64,000 nt of DNA. Origin: Patescibacteria group bacterium. GTDB lineage: Bacteria > Patescibacteriota > Microgenomatia > JAMCZE01. The notes beneath the pieces were generated by a model. The model did no database searches and was not told the DNA's origin. It saw only the letters and a program-made list of their open reading frames with translations. This document shows positions 58,265 to 64,000 of this stretch, piece after piece; within the stretch, counting starts at the first letter, position 1, and the number at the start of each line of letters is the position of its first letter. The position numbers were made by a program, and so were the translations under genes. The stretch lies in contig JAMCRP010000001.1 of assembly GCA_023380635.1 (NCBI GenBank), forward strand, positions 173,305 through 237,304. Reading direction: 5' to 3'.

Positions 58265-59013
58265 ATCTTTTTTTCTATGCTTTTAAAATATGCTACGGGA
58301 AATAGTAACGCCTGAAACAGGGCCCAAACAAAACCTGGAAAACCGTCAAGAAAACCCAGGTGGCGAAAATACACAATTACAAACCCCTGCAAAGGGTCAA
58401 AGAGGGGCCGCCAGAAAAGATATTGGAACCAGCCGCCGTTAACTTCTTTTGCCATAATGTCTGAATACCGGTTAAAGCGCCGGTCCAGATAGACGCCAAA
58501 AGTCGGGTTATTGTAGTGGAGCAAATCATTTTTCAAGTAGCCTGTTTTTCCTTCAACCACTGCTTGTTCATGAACGCTTTTTGCCGGAAGATTACCCTTA
58601 CCCCGGCGGTATAATCGCATAGTATAGTCTGGGTAAGTTCCGCCTTTTTTTAAAAAACGGCCGAGGAAAAAATTTGCCCGGGGAATCCAGAAACCGTTTT
58701 CTTCCGGGATACTCTCAAGAGTATCTGCAATTTCCTTCTTCAGCGCCGGACTGACGACTTCATCGGCATCCAGTTGCAAAATCCATTCGCCGGTGGCCGC
58801 GTCATTGGCCATTCTTTTGTTAATGTGGAAATTAGGCTTGTTAGTAGTGGATATTACTTTAGCTTTATATTTTTTAGCGATTTCGACTGTTCTATCCAGA
58901 GATTTTCCATCTGCAATTACGATTTCATCAGCGATGTCCTTTACTGAATCCAGACAACGGGGCAAAAATTTTTCCTCATTAAAAGTGGCCAAGGTGACCG
59001 AAAGTTTAGTCAT
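58261..59013 (-). CDS. GT2 glycosyltransferase (WaaE/KdtX-like)
   Basis: TFNEE, WILQLDADE, YPDY.MRL, VHE, LLHY. Confidence 0.9.
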   Translation of the reverse strand: MTKLSVTLATFNEEKFLPRCLDSVKDIADEIVIADGKSLDRTVEIAKKYKAKVISTTNKPNFHINKRMANDAATGEWILQLDADEVVSPALKKEIADTLESIPEENGFWIPRANFFLGRFLKKGGTYPDYTMRLYRRGKGNLPAKSVHEQAVVEGKTGYLKNDLLHYNNPTFGVYLDRRFNRYSDIMAKEVNGGWFQYLFWRPLFDPLQGFVIVYFRHLGFLDGFPGFVWALFQALLFPVAYFKSIEKKI

Positions 59014-59014
59014 A

Positions 59015-59728
59015 CTAGTCAGCGAAGCGGTATTTAAAAATACACCAAAGAGCCTGCGTTCCGTCTTTAAAAGTATTAAATTTTTTTCCCTGGTCGAAGC
59101 TGCGAGGTTTGGTAGTAATTGCTACTTCCCTAATTTTAAAACCACTTTTTAACAGTTTAGCCGTAACTTCCGGTTCCATCTCAAAACCATTCGCCTTTAA
59201 ATTAATCTTTTTTATGGCTTCCCGGGGAATTAATTTATACCCGGTTTCCATATCGGTTAACCAGGTACCGTAGAGAAGACTATTGACTAAACTGAATACC
59301 CTATTGGCAAAATAATGCATCACCAGGACCGTTCGGTGTCTACCGAAAAGCACCGGAGGAGAAGTTAATCGCGAACCATAAACTACTGTCCCGGGAAATT
59401 TTTCCGCTTTAGCCAAAAGCCGCGGAATTTGCTCCGGATCGTACTCTAAATCGGCATCCTGAATAATGGCGTAATCTCCGGTGACTTTAGAAAATCCGGT
59501 TCGCACTGCCGCGCCTTTCCCCTGATTCGCCTCGTGTTCAAAATATTTAACTTCAGGGTGTTTTTTGGCGAACGCTTGGATAATTTTTCCGGAATTGTCT
59601 TTAGAAGCATCATTAACCACAATAATTTCTTTTTTCCACGGCAACTTAACCGCTACCACCTTTTGCAGAATTGATTTTAGCGTTGCTTCTTCGTTGTAGA
59701 CCGGCATCACTATCGATAATCTTGTCAT
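59015..59728 (-). CDS. GT2 polyprenol-phosphate-sugar synthase-like protein
   Basis: PVYNEE, NQGKGAA, QDADLEYDP, YGSR, TDMETGYK, FEMEPE; start set at MTRL (ATGA overlap). Confidence 0.9.
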   Translation of the reverse strand: MTRLSIVMPVYNEEATLKSILQKVVAVKLPWKKEIIVVNDASKDNSGKIIQAFAKKHPEVKYFEHEANQGKGAAVRTGFSKVTGDYAIIQDADLEYDPEQIPRLLAKAEKFPGTVVYGSRLTSPPVLFGRHRTVLVMHYFANRVFSLVNSLLYGTWLTDMETGYKLIPREAIKKINLKANGFEMEPEVTAKLLKSGFKIREVAITTKPRSFDQGKKFNTFKDGTQALWCIFKYRFAD

Positions 59729-61221
59729 ATGCCTTTCCTCCACCAATTCTGGACATCGTCATATACAGCCAACACCGAAAAGGGATACCAGCCATTTTGT
59801 TTGGTAAGTAAATTCCAATTTTCAGAGAGGTCCACAACACTGAATTCCTGCCCTTGAAATTCACCTTTGGCCGACTCAGTGGCATTAGCTAGTCCGCAAT
59901 TTTCGCTGGAGTAAAGGCAAATCCCTACCGGGCGGCCAAAATCGCTTTCGTCACCCGACGCTTCCAAAGCCAAGGAAAAAGAATAGCTCACATTTGAAGT
60001 GGCTAAGCCTTTGCCGTAAACCGCCAGCTTCTCACCGGGAAATTTTTTCTCCAACTGATCTCTCACAATCGCAAGCCTCTGGAAATTATTGTTATAATTC
60101 ATAGTATCTTTTGAAAAATAAAGACCAGAAACGATAAGAGAAAATGAAGCTAGAAGACCCAAGATCTTGTTAATTCGCAAAATTTGATTCAATACCCAGC
60201 CTACCAGAAGAATCAAACCGGCATGAAAATAGATCAGGTATCCGTCCAGCCGCTCGCTGCGAAGATAGCGTAGCCAGATAATTTGGATTCCGATAGCTGC
60301 AAGGAAATACAAAAATGTTAAGGAAACTTTTCTGCGGATGACGGAAACAGATATAACCACAAGGGACGACAAACCGAATAACATTCCGGCAACAAACGGT
60401 CCGCCGGCAATTTTTCCCAAAAACGTCGGCCAGAATGATCCCACATACAATAGCCAGCGGTCGCTAACCCAGAAACGATATTGTCCTACCCGAAAGTAAT
60501 AGATCAATTGTTCAAGATTGCGGAAATTTCGACTGGAATCCCACAAAAGCATGGGCCAAAGAAGAAGAACCAATCCCAACCCACTCGCAACGGCGAATTT
60601 AAACGCGGACTTAATATCTCGAATTTTGACGAAAAACATAATCGGGAAATATACCAACAGGTAAACTCCCTGATAGTGCAAGGATACAGCAGCTCCCGCA
60701 CCCAAGCCGGTCAAAAAGACAAAGCGCATTTTGCCGGATTTTAGATATGCCAGGAAACCAACCAGAGCAACGGCAGCGCAAATTTCCACTAATCCATGTT
60801 GTGTCAGATAGGATGATATGCCAATAACTGCCGGCGACACAGCCGCAATTAAAGCGGCTATTAAGCCTAACCTTTTTCCGCCCAGGATTTTTCCCGCCAA
60901 GGCTAATAGCCAAACAAAACCGAGCGAAATTACAAGCATGAACAACCATGGGGAAAGAAAAACATTAGGCAACAGAATGATTGGGAGCATCAAAAACCAA
61001 TACCAATTTGGTCCAAAAACGAATGGCCCGGCAGAGCTGAAAGAACCCACCCAAGGAAGCTGGTTAAGTTTGATCGCTCCGCGCGCCACTAGTAAATCTC
61101 TGGCGGTATCGCTGCTAAATAGGAAACGCAAATCAAAACCGCGTAACCTGATAACAAAAGCAAGAAGTAGAATTATCGCCAGTATTAACTGGTATCTATC
61201 AATTTTTAACCTTTGCCGCAT
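59725..61221 (-). CDS. GT-C (PMT_2-like) membrane glycosyltransferase
   Basis: FSSDTARD, PWVG.FSS, GPNWYW; multi-TM with soluble C-terminal domain. Confidence 0.8.
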   Translation of the reverse strand: MRQRLKIDRYQLILAIILLLAFVIRLRGFDLRFLFSSDTARDLLVARGAIKLNQLPWVGSFSSAGPFVFGPNWYWFLMLPIILLPNVFLSPWLFMLVISLGFVWLLALAGKILGGKRLGLIAALIAAVSPAVIGISSYLTQHGLVEICAAVALVGFLAYLKSGKMRFVFLTGLGAGAAVSLHYQGVYLLVYFPIMFFVKIRDIKSAFKFAVASGLGLVLLLWPMLLWDSSRNFRNLEQLIYYFRVGQYRFWVSDRWLLYVGSFWPTFLGKIAGGPFVAGMLFGLSSLVVISVSVIRRKVSLTFLYFLAAIGIQIIWLRYLRSERLDGYLIYFHAGLILLVGWVLNQILRINKILGLLASFSLIVSGLYFSKDTMNYNNNFQRLAIVRDQLEKKFPGEKLAVYGKGLATSNVSYSFSLALEASGDESDFGRPVGICLYSSENCGLANATESAKGEFQGQEFSVVDLSENWNLLTKQNGWYPFSVLAVYDDVQNWWRKGI

Positions 61222-62854
61222 ATCCGCTCCTGAATAACAGTAAGATTATACAGGCAAAGGAGATCAAAGATAAACTGTCTGCCGCTCTATCAAGAGGTGT
61301 TTCTTCAAGCCGAAGCGAATAGGATCCGGGCTTCGGTCCGGATAACAGCATTAAGCCTGTGTCGTCGAATTTCAAGTCCTTCTGGGTCGTAATGACATTC
61401 CAATCTTTCCCTTTGGCCAGATTAAATCCATTATATTTAATTGTTGTTTGCGGAAAATAAAAACGATTGACGCGCAGAATTGCGGATCCGCTCGTGTTAT
61501 CTACTCGCCAATTCAAGCCCGAAGCATTTTCGCTTACTTCGGAAATACTCCCGTCGCCATAGAGAAAATCAAACCGGCTTGGCCGACCGGGCATCCGCAT
61601 GTTTACGCGCCAAACCGGAACATATTCATCACTGGTTGCTGTCGCTGTGCCTATATAACCAGAGAAAGTTTTATCCGAGTAGTTTAGTGGCTGGTTAATC
61701 CTAATGTGATTACGGTTTGCAATAAAAACTATTAGTAACAGCACGATTGCTAATAATTTCTGCCAGCGAAAATTGGCCACCAGATAAGCACCAAAAAACG
61801 CAAAAGAGATGGTTGTTATTCCGAGAAACCTCCAGGGAAAATCAACAATTGTTTTAATAATCGGAAGAATCTGCCAGATGTTACGAATAATCGGTGATTC
61901 TGTCATCAAAAAGACACTGGCGGCTAAAACCAAAAAGAAAAACAAAACCTCTTTTTCAAATTTACGCCGGATCATAATCAGTCCGCCGGTCAATATTGCT
62001 ACCATGATCTGTGTCAAGCCCAACTGAAAAGACATTTCGTCTCTAATTGTTCCCGGAAAATCAAAACCGTAACCCCAGGGACTGCGGATAAGCTGCCAGA
62101 AAGCCACGAAGTGGTCCCGAAAATATGTCATGTTCTGATCGAAATGAATAAATTGACGTTCGAAAAGATCAGGAACATAGATAAAAGCGCTGAGAGCAAA
62201 CGCTAAAGCGGTGGACAAAATAAAACGGCGAAAACTACGATGCAGTAACGCCCAACCCAGAAAGAGCGGCAGGGTCAATGCCGCTACCTCATTCTGGGAT
62301 AATAAGACGGCAGCCAACAATACCGCGGTGACTGTCCACCATTTTTTCTCGATACTCCAAAACACCAGCGGGACAAAACCATATGCCAGGTTCTCGGCCA
62401 AAGCTGCCCGGACATAAACATTGAGAAAATGGTACGGCACCCACATGTAAAAAACAGCGCCTACCAGAGCCCCCGTAGTTTTGAACTTATTTCTTAGCCA
62501 AAGAAAACAACTTAATCCGGAAAGGACGAAGCCCGCAGCCATCACCATGCGAAAGCTATTTTGATAGGAAATTGCCGCCATGTGAAGCAAGGCGCCAAGC
62601 AAATATGGAAGCGGGTAACTATAGACAAAAATCGGAGAGCCAAAATTGGAATTAAAATTAGTTGCCCATCTTGGAGGAAATTGGCCATCACTCAGATCTT
62701 GAAAATAGGCAGCAATCCTGGCAGTATGGGTAAAACCATCATGAGAGGTATAGAAAGGATTAGAGATAAGCGACCAAAGACCAATCACGCTGAAAATCGC
62801 AAGTATTATTAGAGCAAGAAGATTAGCTCTGTTTTTTTTGAAAAATCGGTGCAT
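61199..62854 (-). CDS. PTPS_related/YfhO-like GT-C membrane protein
   Basis: YTSHDG..H, GQFPPRW, GSPIF.YSYPLPY, PYH....YVR.ALAE, FPWRFL; start set at MHRFF. Confidence 0.8.
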   Translation of the reverse strand: MHRFFKKNRANLLALIILAIFSVIGLWSLISNPFYTSHDGFTHTARIAAYFQDLSDGQFPPRWATNFNSNFGSPIFVYSYPLPYLLGALLHMAAISYQNSFRMVMAAGFVLSGLSCFLWLRNKFKTTGALVGAVFYMWVPYHFLNVYVRAALAENLAYGFVPLVFWSIEKKWWTVTAVLLAAVLLSQNEVAALTLPLFLGWALLHRSFRRFILSTALAFALSAFIYVPDLFERQFIHFDQNMTYFRDHFVAFWQLIRSPWGYGFDFPGTIRDEMSFQLGLTQIMVAILTGGLIMIRRKFEKEVLFFFLVLAASVFLMTESPIIRNIWQILPIIKTIVDFPWRFLGITTISFAFFGAYLVANFRWQKLLAIVLLLIVFIANRNHIRINQPLNYSDKTFSGYIGTATATSDEYVPVWRVNMRMPGRPSRFDFLYGDGSISEVSENASGLNWRVDNTSGSAILRVNRFYFPQTTIKYNGFNLAKGKDWNVITTQKDLKFDDTGLMLLSGPKPGSYSLRLEETPLDRAADSLSLISFACIILLLFRSGYAAKVKN

Positions 62855-63572
62855 GGTAAATTCCCCACGAATTAAATATAAAGAGCGCGGCTTCCCAACA
62901 GCTTTCCCAGCCAAACTTCATTCCCCGCCAGACATTAATGGTATGTTGCTGATCGTGGTATCTGGTCGGAATCGGAATCTCTCCGATTTGCAAACCGGCG
63001 GCAATGGCTGAAAAAGTGAATTGCTGGTCAAAGGCATAATCATTGGAAAATCTTTGAAACGGAACAGTTTCCAGGGCTTTGCGGCTGTAGGCCCGCAGGC
63101 CACTCATATATTCAGAAAGGTTTTCGCCGGTAATGATGTTGGCAAAAAAGGTATACAAGCGGTTAAAAAAATATTTGTATTTGGGCATTCCACCAGTCAA
63201 TGCCATTCCCCGGTTTTTAATCCGGCTGCCAAACATTATGTCGTAATCTCCGTTAATAATCGGGTCGACCAGCCCCTTGATTTTTGAGCCATCATACTGA
63301 TAATCCGGGTGCAGCATGACGACTACATCGGGACCATCTTTTAAGGCTTCCCAATAGCAAGTCTTCTGGTTACCGCCATAGCCGAGATTATTCGGATGGC
63401 GAAAAACTGTTAATCCCAATTGTTCTGCTACCTCTGCCGTCTTGTCTTTGCTTGCGTCATCAACCAAAATAATTTTATCCACAACCCCGACAGGAATTTC
63501 TTTTATTGTTTTTTCGATTGTTTTCTCGGCAAAAAATGCCGGCAGAACGACAATAATTTTTGATTTTTTCAT
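62823..63572 (-). CDS. GT2 polyprenol-phosphate-sugar synthase-like protein
   Basis: VLPAF, VDDASKD, NLGYGGNQKTCY, HPDYQYD, FGSR, SGLRAY. Confidence 0.9.
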   Translation of the reverse strand: MKKSKIIVVLPAFFAEKTIEKTIKEIPVGVVDKIILVDDASKDKTAEVAEQLGLTVFRHPNNLGYGGNQKTCYWEALKDGPDVVVMLHPDYQYDGSKIKGLVDPIINGDYDIMFGSRIKNRGMALTGGMPKYKYFFNRLYTFFANIITGENLSEYMSGLRAYSRKALETVPFQRFSNDYAFDQQFTFSAIAAGLQIGEIPIPTRYHDQQHTINVWRGMKFGWESCWEAALFIFNSWGIYHAPIFQKKQS

Positions 63573-64000
63573 GGTTCGATTTTATATAATTTCAGGGAGT
63601 CTTTTCCATAGCCATCAAAGTACTGGGCTATCAGGCGTACCTTCCATCCGGCCGGAGCCGCGGGCCGCTGATAAACAATAAAGTAATCCAGGCCAGCGGG
63701 TAAAATTTCCGGTGCCGGCCAATACGGTTTAATCGTTAAATTCGGATGGTCCTTTTGATAAAGTTCCAAAGCATAGGGCATTAGACCAAAGGTTCCTTCC
63801 ACTCCGACAGTAGTGTTCTTACCCGCAAAAAAGCTATTTATTTCGCGAAGCCCCCAGCCGGCTGACCAACTGTTAAGATATTGTGCCGAATCGGTATCGG
63901 CAATTGGCGCCTGGACCGGATCGGTTAAAAGTTTATAGTTGGTATATATGGGTAATATCAAGGCAAGGATTAAAACCACTGGGGCCAGTTTTTTAAATTC
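63569..64000 (-). CDS. C-terminal part of a probable GT-C membrane protein (5'-partial)
   Basis: Frame open to the window edge; APIADTDSAQYLNSWSAGWG resembles APLPAVEQWQFFTGWPSG in the C-terminus of 32033-33343. Confidence 0.65.
   Translation of the reverse strand, partial: EFKKLAPVVLILALILPIYTNYKLLTDPVQAPIADTDSAQYLNSWSAGWGLREINSFFAGKNTTVGVEGTFGLMPYALELYQKDHPNLTIKPYWPAPEILPAGLDYFIVYQRPAAPAGWKVRLIAQYFDGYGKDSLKLYKIEP

Noticed and set aside
61199-62854. Pterin biosynthesis role suggested by the 'PTPS-related' family name
   Set aside because: The protein is multi-TM with GT-C-like loop motifs and shows no T-fold PTPS motifs.
13556-64000. Classical LPS O-antigen or group 1 capsule locus
   Set aside because: No lipid A/Kdo, Wzz, Wza/Wzc or ABC exporter genes in the window; the GT-C excess does not fit. 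Such genes outside the window cannot be excluded.
1-64000. CRISPR array, rRNA/tRNA, integrase/transposase, prophage or defence genes
   Set aside because: Nearly all bases are accounted for by the CDSs listed; no spaced repeats or such protein motifs were seen.

Overview
Very gene-dense, almost entirely minus-strand bacterial DNA, inferred to be from a Patescibacteria/CPR (Microgenomates-like) genome on the basis of the alpha2-type GlyRS, N-terminally trimmed MurE, short RecO and apparently leaderless promoters. 1-9.1 kb is a reduced, rearranged dcw cluster (mraZ-rsmH-ftsL-like-ftsI-murE-Nudix-murI-murD-murC, with a convergent murB). 9.2-11.6 kb holds a membrane-anchored hypothetical protein, glyQS and recO. 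From 11.6 kb to the window end (at least 52 kb, open at the right edge) lies one uninterrupted surface-glycosylation locus: about 15 GT4, 7 GT2 (3 polyprenol-phosphate-sugar synthase-like), about 12 genes for GT-C-fold membrane glycosyltransferases (one a 1033-aa O-antigen-ligase/PMT-like fusion), 2 Wzx flippases, 4 methyltransferases, an acetyltransferase, an initiating phosphoglycosyl transferase, a DUF4012 protein and an AT-rich cassette for a rare L-6-deoxy-HexNAc. Smaller signals: a probable ATA start for murI, 10-bp-phased boxes upstream of mraZ, leaderless -10 promoters, and short 7- or 9-bp tandem repeats inside genes. No rRNA, tRNA, CRISPR array or transposase was recognised. All calls come from motif recognition by eye; no searches were run.
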